A DNA stretch of 64,000 nt, from contig CBDCEF010000004.1 in assembly GCA_965215735.1 (NCBI GenBank), forward strand, positions 1,746,760-1,810,759. The letters are read 5' to 3'. This document shows, in pieces, positions 47,161-56,038 of the stretch. Position 1 is the first letter of the stretch. The number at the start of each line of letters is the position of its first letter. Origin of the DNA: Dehalococcoidia bacterium. GTDB lineage: Bacteria; Chloroflexota; Dehalococcoidia; Lucifugimonadales; UBA1123. The notes under the pieces were generated by a model. It made no database searches and was not told where the DNA came from. It saw nothing but the letters and a program-made list of their open reading frames with translations. Position numbers and translations under genes: made by a program.

Positions 47161-48129
47161 GTGAAAGCTATGGTTGACTCCCCTGCCAGGATATCGCAGA
47201 CATACCACGAAGTCCTTAACCTCGGTCGCGTCAGAGTCATCCATGCGCCTGTCCGCGAGATTCTGACCCGCGCCTCAGGCTTTATGGATGCCTACGACTA
47301 TACGCTCAACCCTTACAGCGGATGCTCATTCGGCTGTACCTACTGCTATGCCGCCTTCTTCAGTCGTGATGCCACGTTGCGCGACACTTGGGGTAACTGG
47401 GTAAGGGTGAAGTCAAATGCGGTCGAGTTGCTGAACAAGAGGCTGGATCGATCGCCTGACTACCTTGACGGCAAAGTGATCTATATGAGCAGCGTTACCG
47501 ACCCCTACCAGCCTGTGGAGCGCAAACTCGGAGTGACAAGGGGGCTCTTGGAAACAATGGCAGGCCGAGGTAAACTCGGTGAACGACAGTTGGACATGCT
47601 AGATGACGATGATCCTCCTGCCCCTAAGCCAAAACTAGTCATTCAGACCCGCAGCCCTGATGTAGTTAGAGACTGCGACCTGTTCCAGCAGATCGAGGCA
47701 AACGGAGGCCGCGTCCGAGTCAACATGACGGTCACCACCGACGATGAAGACGTCCGCCGCACCTTCGAGCCCTACTGCCCGTCAAACATGGTACGTATGC
47801 AGGCCATAGGAGAGGTTCAGGCTTTCGGAGTCGACACCTGTATAACAATGACCCCTCTGCTGCTGGTGAACGATCCTGGTTTCTTCGTGGAGAGCCTACT
47901 AGCCACGGGGGTCGAGAAGTTCATCGTTCAGCCGTTCCACTTCCAGCGTGGCAAGTTTGTCGCGGCCACCCGCGATCAGGCATTCGACCTGATGGCAACC
48001 AAGCTGGGAACCGATCGGGAGTCATTCCGCGAAGTGTATCTTGAGCACTATCAGGCCGTTTTCGACGTACTTCAGGATGGCCTCCCTGAGTTGGGTGAAG
48101 GCAAGGACGGCTTCGCTCCACCGTTCTGA
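47161..48129 (+). CDS. Radical SAM protein, SPL/'DNA photolyase-like' family (COG1533-type)
   Basis: 322 aa. 'YTLNPYSGCSFGCTYCYA' is the CxxxCxxC cluster in the context typical of this family, and 'YMSSVTDPYQPVE' is also present. It lies 17 nt downstream of the interrupted gene. Confidence 0.8.
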   Translation: MKAMVDSPARISQTYHEVLNLGRVRVIHAPVREILTRASGFMDAYDYTLNPYSGCSFGCTYCYAAFFSRDATLRDTWGNWVRVKSNAVELLNKRLDRSPDYLDGKVIYMSSVTDPYQPVERKLGVTRGLLETMAGRGKLGERQLDMLDDDDPPAPKPKLVIQTRSPDVVRDCDLFQQIEANGGRVRVNMTVTTDDEDVRRTFEPYCPSNMVRMQAIGEVQAFGVDTCITMTPLLLVNDPGFFVESLLATGVEKFIVQPFHFQRGKFVAATRDQAFDLMATKLGTDRESFREVYLEHYQAVFDVLQDGLPELGEGKDGFAPPF

Positions 48130-48257
48130 TTCGTCTGTGTCGGCATCACTTCATGCTGGCCCATCTTCCATAGATCTCGGTAGATCTCGGTGGTTCTGCC
48201 GAAAAATATGTAGATTCCCGTGTATCCTGTGACCAACACCCCCACAGGAGGACCCCA

Positions 48258-48779
48258 ATGGACGTCTATGAAGCCGTCAGATCCAGACTAACCGTGCGAG
48301 AGTTCAAACCGGACCCGGTTCCCGATGAAGTCGTCGACAAACTCGTAAGGGCCGGACAGTGGACCGCCAGCTCCCGCAACCTCCAGCCCTGGCACTTCAT
48401 CGTCATCAGGGATCGCGACACGCTCGCCAAACTCGGAGACATCGCCTCCTCAGGCCGTTTCGTCGCCAACGCTCCGATGGCAATTGCAATAGCTATGGAG
48501 AGCGCCGACCGCGCCGATCTGGATACAGGCCGCGCCATGCAGCAGATCGAGCTCGTTGCCTGGGAAGAAGGACTCGGCACCTGTTTCGTCGGCCTTCGAA
48601 TCGCAGAGCAGAACAGCCAGGTCAAGCAGCTTCTGGGAGTCCCGGACTCCTTCGAAATGGTTACGGTGTTGCCGTTCGGGTACAGACTGGACGGCAATGA
48701 CGGAAGCCAGGGCGTCAAGAACCGTAAGCCGCTGTCCCAGATCGCCCACTCCGAGAGATACGGCCAGCCGTACGCCTAG
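48258..48779 (+). CDS. Nitroreductase family protein
   Basis: 173 aa. 'RLTVREFKPDPVPDEVVDKLVRAGQWTASSRNLQPWHFIVI' is the classic nitroreductase N-terminus. Confidence 0.85.
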   Translation: MDVYEAVRSRLTVREFKPDPVPDEVVDKLVRAGQWTASSRNLQPWHFIVIRDRDTLAKLGDIASSGRFVANAPMAIAIAMESADRADLDTGRAMQQIELVAWEEGLGTCFVGLRIAEQNSQVKQLLGVPDSFEMVTVLPFGYRLDGNDGSQGVKNRKPLSQIAHSERYGQPYA

Positions 48780-48806
48780 TCGCCGACCCGAGTTCAAGGA
48801 GCAGCC

Positions 48807-49841
48807 ATGAGTTCCAGCACACCCATTATCAGCACCGCAGTCGGCACAGGTGAGGCAGGTTACTCCGGCGACGGTGGTCCTGCGGACGCCGCCCAGATAC
48901 GCGAGCCTTTCATGTGCGCCTTCGACTCTGTGGGCAACCTGTTCGTTTGCGAGGCGACGAACCACATCGTACGCCGCGTCGACGCGGCCACCGGCATCAT
49001 CACGACAGTAGCGGGCTCTGGCGAACAGGGCTACTCCGGCGACGATGGTCCCGCAACCGAGGCCACGATGTATGAGCCATACTCGCTGGCCATCGCCTCC
49101 GACGGCAGCATCTACATCGTGGACCGCCTCAACGCTGTGGTCCGTAGGGTGGACGGCGCCACCGGCATCATCACGACCGTTGCTGGCACTGGCAAGATGG
49201 GCTACTCCGGGGATGGTGGCCCTGGCTCAGAGGCTGAGATGCGCGAACCCAACGACTGCTTCCTGGATAACTCAGGAGGCCTGCTGATTGCCGATATCCA
49301 GGACCAGCGCATTCGCAGGCTCGACCTTACCACCGGGATCATCGACACGTTCGCCGGCAACGGAGAGAAGGAGCGTTCCGGCAACGGACGACCTGCACGA
49401 GAGGCCAGTATCCTGGGAGCCCGGGCGGTCTGCATGGACAGCACAGGCAACACCTACATCGCCGAACGAGAGGGCAACGGCGTCCGTATGGTCGGTGCAG
49501 ACGGCCTGATGCGCACACTTGCCGGGGATACCACAGAGCTGGGCTACTCCGGCGATGGCGGACACGCACTCGCCACCACCTGGGCCGGCCCCAAGGGGAT
49601 ACGCTGCGACTCAAAGGGTAACGTCATCGTCACCGACACCGAGAACCACGCGATCCGTCGAATAGACCGCTCCACCAACTTCGTGACCGCCATCGCGGGC
49701 GGGCGGCTAGGCGGGCACGGCGACGGCGGCCCGGCCACCGAGGCTGGACTTGACCGTCCGCACGGCGCAGAGATAGCCGCAGACGGCTCGATCTATATCG
49801 CCGACAGCAACAACCACCGCGTCAGGGTAGTACGCGCCTAG
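48807..49841 (+). CDS. NHL-repeat six-bladed beta-propeller protein
   Basis: 344 aa with six repeats of about 55 aa: 'G.G..GYSGDGGPA..A.....P......G..YI.D..N..IRR.D...G.I.T.AG'. I see no obvious signal peptide. Confidence 0.8.
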   Translation: MSSSTPIISTAVGTGEAGYSGDGGPADAAQIREPFMCAFDSVGNLFVCEATNHIVRRVDAATGIITTVAGSGEQGYSGDDGPATEATMYEPYSLAIASDGSIYIVDRLNAVVRRVDGATGIITTVAGTGKMGYSGDGGPGSEAEMREPNDCFLDNSGGLLIADIQDQRIRRLDLTTGIIDTFAGNGEKERSGNGRPAREASILGARAVCMDSTGNTYIAEREGNGVRMVGADGLMRTLAGDTTELGYSGDGGHALATTWAGPKGIRCDSKGNVIVTDTENHAIRRIDRSTNFVTAIAGGRLGGHGDGGPATEAGLDRPHGAEIAADGSIYIADSNNHRVRVVRA

Positions 49842-50041
49842 AGCAGTGTGCGACGTGAAAAGTCTTTGATGTATGTCATTTTGCAGCGTCCAGTCTCCCG
49901 GGACCTCTCCGCCTTCGCCGCAGACATTGGCAAGGTACATGCCCCGAAAGCCGAGCTTGATTGGTCGCTGAGCTTCATTCCCCATTCATGGATTGAGCGG
50001 ATCCACTGTGGTGCCCCCTCAATCGGCCTGGCCGACCCCGG

Positions 50042-51328
50042 TCACCACAACCGCATCGAGTCCAGGAATAGCTGACGCAGGTCATCCTCTTGAACAGGAC
50101 GTGGCGACAGCTTGATGACCCTCTGCTGCGGCATCGCGCCCGCTGCGAGATCCGGAACATCATCAGCCGTGTATCCTATGCCCCCTAGTCCGTTGGGCAC
50201 ACCGATACGCCTGAGCAGACTGATGATAGCGTCTGCCAGAACGTCTCCCGCATCCTCCGGTCCGGCGTCGGACACATCCACGCCCATTAGTCGCGCCGCG
50301 TGCAGGTGCCGCTCTGGATTCGTCGGCGCGGTGTACCTGAACACCGCCGGGGCGTTCAGGATTACGCTCATACCGTGCGGCACGATCGGGTGGTCGTCCG
50401 GGTATCCCTCTGGCATGAACTCCCTGACCATGCCGGACACCGGATACGACATCCCGTGCGGCAGGTGGCAGCCCGCATTCCCGAAACCGACTCCCGCGAA
50501 CGTTGCCGCCAGCATCATGTTGGACCTGGATTCGATATCCTCCGGGTCTTCGACCGCGCTGACTATGTTCCGCGCCACCATCTCAATGGCCCGCGTTGCC
50601 CAAACGTCCGAAATCGGGTTGGACCCCTGGTAGGATGGTCTCAACCCGGGATCTGGTGGAGCCTCCCGCTGACTGAAGGGCAGGGCAGTGTACGACTCAA
50701 GGCCGTGACACAGCACATCGAAGCCGCTGCACGCCGCGACCATCCTGGGAAGCGTGCGGCTGTTGTCGGCATCGACCACGCCCATTGTCGGCCTCAGCGC
50801 CCTGTGCGCGAGGCCGGTCTTCGCCTTCATCTCCAGCAGGTCGAAGATCGACACTCCTGTGGTCTCCGAGCCTGTCCCAGACGTCGTCGGTACCGCGATG
50901 TGCGGCTTGAGAGGGCCCGGTACCTGCGTGCCCTGGCCGATGGGCGCGTTCACGTACGTGAGAAAGTCGGCGGGATACGTCGAGTACAGGTTCGCCGCCT
51001 TCGCCGTGTCTATGCTCGACCCGCCACCAACTGAGATGAACCCGTCGAAGTCGCCTTCCGTCGCGAACTCTATTGCTGCCTTGAAAGACTTGTCTGTCGG
51101 CTCGACCTCAACCTCGTCGAACAGCACCGCGTCGATACCTTCTGCCCTCAACGACTCAAGAACCACCGCGACCGGCTGTAGCTGCGCCATTCGAGGATCG
51201 GTAACCACCGCCACCCTCTTGGCCCCCAACCGCGCAATCTCAAACCCCACTTCTCTCGTCGAGCCGGGCCCGAACTTGATCGACGAAGTATCCATTGTAA
51301 ATGCGGTCTCTAGCTCATGATGGACCAT
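50042..51328 (-). CDS. Iron-containing alcohol dehydrogenase family (hydroxyacid-oxoacid transhydrogenase-like)
   Basis: 428 aa. 'ISVGGGSSIDTAKA', 'PTTSGTGSE' and 'HGMS' metal and NAD motifs of group III ADHs. Confidence 0.85.
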   Translation of the reverse strand: MVHHELETAFTMDTSSIKFGPGSTREVGFEIARLGAKRVAVVTDPRMAQLQPVAVVLESLRAEGIDAVLFDEVEVEPTDKSFKAAIEFATEGDFDGFISVGGGSSIDTAKAANLYSTYPADFLTYVNAPIGQGTQVPGPLKPHIAVPTTSGTGSETTGVSIFDLLEMKAKTGLAHRALRPTMGVVDADNSRTLPRMVAACSGFDVLCHGLESYTALPFSQREAPPDPGLRPSYQGSNPISDVWATRAIEMVARNIVSAVEDPEDIESRSNMMLAATFAGVGFGNAGCHLPHGMSYPVSGMVREFMPEGYPDDHPIVPHGMSVILNAPAVFRYTAPTNPERHLHAARLMGVDVSDAGPEDAGDVLADAIISLLRRIGVPNGLGGIGYTADDVPDLAAGAMPQQRVIKLSPRPVQEDDLRQLFLDSMRLW

Positions 51329-51393
51329 TGGTTTTTTCCTCTTCTGAAGTTGGTGAGTGATATGCCTTGCCGCTAGGAAACCGCCTGGGATGG

Positions 51394-51801
51394 CTACTGC
51401 TCGGCTACTTCAAGCTGGTTCGGGTCAATTCCCACTTCCGCCGCCCACGCCTGAAGTCCCCGCCGAAACGCAAGCGCCCCCATAGGGGCGATCACTGCCT
51501 CCAACGCTTCCAGTACTTCCGTCGGTGTCGCGCCATTCTCCAATGCGAGCCGAACGTGTTCCTGGATCTGCGACACGTCTGCCCTGAGCGCGGCCTCCAC
51601 AGCCACTTGAAGTAGCTCCTTCGTCTTCCGGTCCAGCGTTCGCTGACCAGTGTATGTTGCTTCGATGAACTGATTGTACTTCTGAAGCCACTCGAAGTCC
51701 GCGGCGGCCATCACTCGATGGAAGTCGAGCGTGTAGCCTCGCGTACGCTCCGCCGCCTCAAGGTACGCCCGCGCCTCTTCAGTCAGTCTAGGCTCATTCA
51801 T
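51394..51801 (-). CDS. Carboxymuconolactone decarboxylase (AhpD-like) family protein
   Basis: I trimmed the start to the ATG at 51801 (MNEPRLTEEARAYLE...). 'LDRKTKELLQVAVEAALR....IQEHVRLALENGATPTEVLEAL' is the CMD helical motif. The ORF-track start at 51948 is less plausible. Confidence 0.7.
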   Translation of the reverse strand: MNEPRLTEEARAYLEAAERTRGYTLDFHRVMAAADFEWLQKYNQFIEATYTGQRTLDRKTKELLQVAVEAALRADVSQIQEHVRLALENGATPTEVLEALEAVIAPMGALAFRRGLQAWAAEVGIDPNQLEVAEQ

Positions 51802-52013
51802 GCGCTTCCAATCTCCCATGTTCCAAGCATTGAGCGGCCCCATTCTATCAGGACTGCATATGGCCAAGATGAGGGTCATACTGTCATGGATGCCAAGTTG
51901 GCTGTCCGATCCTACTCGCCACTCTCGTATAATGCCCCCATGGACCACCGTACAACAAACATAGACAAGTAACTTTCACCAGGCTACGCCCTAACGAACG
52001 AAAGCAGAGCACC

Positions 52014-53444
52014 ATGACATCCGTCCTCATCGCCGCCTTCGATGGCCTTCAGCCGGCCCAGGTCCGCCCGGACCTTATGCCCAACCTCGCTCGGTTCGCA
52101 TCCGAGGGTGTGTTCTTCGAGAACCACCATCCGGTTTTCCCCTCTGTCACCCGCATCAACGCCGCAAGTATGGTGACAGGCACGTACTCGGGAAAGCATG
52201 GCCTGGCCGCAAATACCATGGTCGCGCGGGACTACGACCCCACATCTGCATTCTCCGCCTTGGAGCCGACGCTGGCGGACATGGCTCGAAAGACGGGCAG
52301 GGTGCTTCTCGCTCCCACACTGGCGGACATACTCGCGGAACACGACATGGAGTACACCGCAATCGGCGTGGGAACGTCAGGCAACGCCTATGTCCACAAC
52401 CCGCGCGCCGACGACTCCGGCGGTGCAACCATCCATCCCGAATTCACTCTGCCTAACGAACTGTCGGCCAGGCTGGAGTCGAGGTTCGGTTCATGGCCCG
52501 ATGAGGCTATGCCAAACACGCCTAGACTGGATCACGCCGTGAGAATTCTTTGTGAGCACATCCTGCCTGAGCGTCAACCCTCGGTCGCTCTGATCTGGTC
52601 GTCAGAACCCGACAAGGCCCAGCACGCCCACGGCGTCGGTTCCGAGATGTCCGACCGCGCCATCCGACAGGCCGATGCGAGGTTCGGCAGCATTCTCGAG
52701 TGGCTGGAGAATAACGGGCGCGCGTCCGATACGGACGTACTGGTCATCTCAGACCACGGCTACTCGACTATCCAGGAGACTGTTGACGTCGTATGGTACA
52801 CACGCGACGCCGGTTTTGCGTCGCAGGACGTAATCGTCGCTCCCAACGGCGGCAGCGTCCTCTTCTACTGCCGGTCTCAGGACGTCACACAACGACTCGC
52901 CGCGTGGCTAACCGAGCGCCCATGGTGCGGTGCGCTGCTCGCTTCGGAAGCAGCCGGCGAGATCGAAGGTGCGCTACCAATGGCCCTCGCGGGTGCAGAA
53001 GGCCCCAGAGCTCCCGAGTTGGCAATGTCCTTTGGATGGGACTCACGCCCTAACGACGCCGGATACAAAGGCTATGCCTATTCATCTGGCGGTCAGCCCG
53101 GCCAGGGCCAACACGGCTCCATGAGCCGCCACGAGATGCACAACGTCCTGCTCGCCCGCGGTCCCAGCTTCAAACAGGCCTCTCGTATTCAGTCACCCAC
53201 CGGCAACGTGGATCTCGCGCCAACCGTACTGAGACTACTGGGAATCCCTGCGCCCGATCACATGGAAGGCCGAGCATTGGTAGAGGCTTTGGCAGATGGC
53301 AAGGACTCGGTCGACTGGTCGTCCACAACGCATCGAGCCGAACGAAAAACATCTTCGGGAATGTACTGCCAGACCGTCAGGGTGTCGACCGTGGGCGACA
53401 CCTCGTACATCGACGAGGGTAGCGGCTGGCAGATGACCGATTAA
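52014..53444 (+). CDS. Alkaline-phosphatase-superfamily enzyme (type I phosphodiesterase/nucleotide pyrophosphatase-like)
   Basis: 476 aa. 'FDGLQP', 'FPSVTRINAASMVTGTYSGKHGL' (Thr nucleophile context) and 'VLVISDHGYS' match the NPP family. Confidence 0.8.
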   Translation: MTSVLIAAFDGLQPAQVRPDLMPNLARFASEGVFFENHHPVFPSVTRINAASMVTGTYSGKHGLAANTMVARDYDPTSAFSALEPTLADMARKTGRVLLAPTLADILAEHDMEYTAIGVGTSGNAYVHNPRADDSGGATIHPEFTLPNELSARLESRFGSWPDEAMPNTPRLDHAVRILCEHILPERQPSVALIWSSEPDKAQHAHGVGSEMSDRAIRQADARFGSILEWLENNGRASDTDVLVISDHGYSTIQETVDVVWYTRDAGFASQDVIVAPNGGSVLFYCRSQDVTQRLAAWLTERPWCGALLASEAAGEIEGALPMALAGAEGPRAPELAMSFGWDSRPNDAGYKGYAYSSGGQPGQGQHGSMSRHEMHNVLLARGPSFKQASRIQSPTGNVDLAPTVLRLLGIPAPDHMEGRALVEALADGKDSVDWSSTTHRAERKTSSGMYCQTVRVSTVGDTSYIDEGSGWQMTD

Positions 53445-53519
53445 GCGGGAAACAGAAACGGGGGAGCTGCCAATGCTCCCCCGCTTTTCACCAGATCCCT
53501 GTCTGGTTGCTGACCTTAC

Positions 53520-53939
53520 CTACGCTGGCGCGAACTTGGGAAGTGAGATCGTGTCCGTGATGTCCTCGAACACTACCTTGAGCGGCATATCGATCTGGAG
53601 ATTCTCAGGAGTCGGATCGTCGATGACAATGTTGCACGCCATCTTCGGCCCTTCCTCCAACTCCACGATTGCCGTCACGAACGGCACGCCGTCCGGGTAC
53701 CAGCCCGGATGCGGCGCTCGGTGGACGATCGCGTAGGTGAACAGCGTCGCGTTTCCGCTCGCCTGCACCCACGTCGTGTCCTTCGAGAAGCAGCATGGTG
53801 AGATGTCGCGCGGGTAGAAGTAGGCGTTGCCGCACTCGTTGCAGCTACGGAGCCACAGTTCGTGCTCTTTCGCCTTGTTCCAGTATACGTCCGACTCGCC
53901 CTGCGGGACGGGGATTGGCTTGTTGTATGCCTGAGTCAT
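53520..53939 (-). CDS. Zn-ribbon/OB-fold protein (DUF35 family), thiolase partner
   Basis: 139 aa. A rubredoxin-like 'CNECGNAYFYPRDISPCC' is followed by an OB-fold. It lies immediately downstream of a thiolase-like gene. Confidence 0.8.
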   Translation of the reverse strand: MTQAYNKPIPVPQGESDVYWNKAKEHELWLRSCNECGNAYFYPRDISPCCFSKDTTWVQASGNATLFTYAIVHRAPHPGWYPDGVPFVTAIVELEEGPKMACNIVIDDPTPENLQIDMPLKVVFEDITDTISLPKFAPA

Positions 53940-53967
53940 CTTGATTTGCTCCTGGAGTTACCTTGCT

Positions 53968-55113
53968 CTAATCGACTGCGAGTACGACCGTGCCGGTTGA
54001 CGACAGCGATCCTCCTGTGCCGTGCACAAGTGATAGCTTCGGATCGTCAACCTGGCGGTCACCGGCCTCCCCACGAAGCTGTCTGACGGCCTCTACCACC
54101 AGGAACATGCCGTACATGCCCGAGTGAGTGTAGGACAGACCGCCGCCGCTCGTGTTCATGGCGAAGTCGCCGCCCGGCGCGGTGCGCTGGTCGGCCACAA
54201 ATGCCGGTCCCTCTCCGGGTCCGCAGAAGCCGAGGCTCTCCAGTGTCGCAAGCACAGTGTAGGTGAACGAGTCGTAAATCATCGCAAGGTCAATGTCGTC
54301 GTGTGTGACGCCGGCCATCTCTAGCGACTTGGGGCCGGAGTACCGTGCCCAGGTGCGTGTCAGGTCGGGCATCGTGCTTATCAAGCCGTGGTCGTGACCC
54401 TCGGCGGCCCCCAGCACGTACACTGGCTTCTTCGGCAGGTCTCTCGCTCGCGCGGCGCTGGTGATTACGTACGCTCCCCCAGCGTCGGTGACTAGGCAGC
54501 AGTCCGGCAGGTGGAACGGCCAGGCAATCCACCGCGAATCGTGGTAGTCGTCGAAGGACATCGGTACGTCCTTGAAGTACGCCTTGGGGTTCAGGTTCGC
54601 CCACTTGCGCGTGGCCACAGCGACTTCGGCCATGCCCTGACGGGTATAGTCTTCGCCGTACTGATGCATGTAGCGGCGTGCCGCCATTGCGTAGTTGATC
54701 GGCGCGCCGATGAAGCCATACGGAGTCTCGAACTGCGGCCCCGGCTCCGACGCGTTGCCTCCCGCTCGTGAACGGGCGCTCCGCCCTGCCTCGCCGTGCG
54801 TCACCAACGCGACCTCGCAGTATCCGGCGTTGATCGCCGCCATTGCGTGCGCTATATGGATGATGAACGACGATCCCCCGACCGACGTCGAGTCGGTGTA
54901 GGTCGGCTCTATTCCGAGATACTCTGCCAGCGTGAGCGTGCCGAACCCGGCCGATAGCAGCCCGTCGACGTCACTCATCTTTAGACCGGCGTCTTCGAGT
55001 GCGTTGTACGCCGCCTCGGCGTGATGTTGCAGAGACGACTTGTTTTCTACCCTGCCTATTTCGTCGGACTCTGCGGCCCCGACGATGGCTACGGATCTTG
55101 ACATATCAGCCAT
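53968..55113 (-). CDS. Thiolase-like protein (SCP-x/nonspecific lipid-transfer thiolase type)
   Basis: 381 aa with a thiolase fold ('VAIVGAAESD', 'NTSGGGLSYTHSGMYGM'). It is paired with the DUF35 gene. Confidence 0.85.
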   Translation of the reverse strand: MADMSRSVAIVGAAESDEIGRVENKSSLQHHAEAAYNALEDAGLKMSDVDGLLSAGFGTLTLAEYLGIEPTYTDSTSVGGSSFIIHIAHAMAAINAGYCEVALVTHGEAGRSARSRAGGNASEPGPQFETPYGFIGAPINYAMAARRYMHQYGEDYTRQGMAEVAVATRKWANLNPKAYFKDVPMSFDDYHDSRWIAWPFHLPDCCLVTDAGGAYVITSAARARDLPKKPVYVLGAAEGHDHGLISTMPDLTRTWARYSGPKSLEMAGVTHDDIDLAMIYDSFTYTVLATLESLGFCGPGEGPAFVADQRTAPGGDFAMNTSGGGLSYTHSGMYGMFLVVEAVRQLRGEAGDRQVDDPKLSLVHGTGGSLSSTGTVVLAVD

Positions 55114-55409
55114 ACTGTTGCTGACCTCCTGAATTGATTCACGAGCGTAGACCGGCGGACACGCCGTGTCCGATCCGGCTTCTCACCCATTTGTAACGTG
55201 ATTATAAGAAGGGGACGCTCCAAACGTCGCCTAGGTTAACCCACCCTCGGCTTCTGGGGCAAGGGAGTCGTCAGGCGTGGCTGGCTGCGCTCCCAATCCG
55301 GCGCGTCGCGCCAATCACGCCCGAGCAGCGAAAGCAGCCGTCTGACAACAGGGGTCCAAACTCAATTGGCGCGGCCTAGTCTAGGCTAGACTGCAAACAG
55401 CGTGTTGGG

Positions 55410-55757
55410 TCAGCCACCTACGGAGGCTACGGCATCCGTCTGAGAATCAAGGGTCTTGATGATCTTGTCGAATCCGCTGATCTGGAATATCTCGCGGACC
55501 GGACCGGTTAGCGAACAGAGCGCAAGATCATTGTTATTTCTCTGTAGTACTCTGGCGATCAGCAGAATGACACGGAGGCCTGCACTGCTGATGTATGTGA
55601 GGTCTTCCATGTCGAGGACCATGGCGCAATCGTGTTCGTCGATTGCGGCCTGTAAAGCGTCCTGGAACTCCCGGGCGTTGGCGCCGTCGATGCGGGCCTG
55701 GGCTTTTGCGATCAGTACCTCGCCTCTCAGCTCGGTGCTTATGTCCATCGGTCCCAT
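55410..55757 (-). CDS. STAS-domain anti-sigma-factor antagonist (SpoIIAA-like)
   Basis: 115 aa with 'LDMEDLTYISSAGLRVIL' (the conserved phospho-Ser context) and 'FQISGFDKI'. Confidence 0.8.
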   Translation of the reverse strand: MGPMDISTELRGEVLIAKAQARIDGANAREFQDALQAAIDEHDCAMVLDMEDLTYISSAGLRVILLIARVLQRNNNDLALCSLTGPVREIFQISGFDKIIKTLDSQTDAVASVGG

Positions 55758-56038
55758 CTCCTTGATATAGCGAGTATAGCGACTTGGCCGTAACTTTCAG
55801 AATCGTAGGGTTGGGCAATTCCTGCGCCCGGTTCAGCCCAATCATAACAGGATGCTAATGACTCCAGTAGCCCGATATGCCCTGACGGCACGGCATTGCA
55901 GTGACGCTTAAGTTCACAAGTGCTACAGGTAACTGCCAGCATTTACGTCTGATTGTCCCAGACTGATAACACATAAACCGACGTAGCGTGAAGGGGCTGT
56001 GCCAACACTCGATTGAGTACTTTAGGCTCAGGACACTA

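Noticed and set aside
51928-51933. A perfect TATAAT hexamer upstream of the AP-superfamily phosphodiesterase gene, as a possible promoter or Pho-regulated site
   Set aside because: There is no acceptable -35 at 16-18 nt and no TTAAC-type 11-nt repeats nearby. This is too weak to call.
55156-55172. The palindrome CGGACACG-C-CGTGTCCG upstream of the thiolase/DUF35 operon, as a possible operator
   Set aside because: It is a single occurrence, there is no adjacent regulator gene, and nothing ties it to a binding protein.
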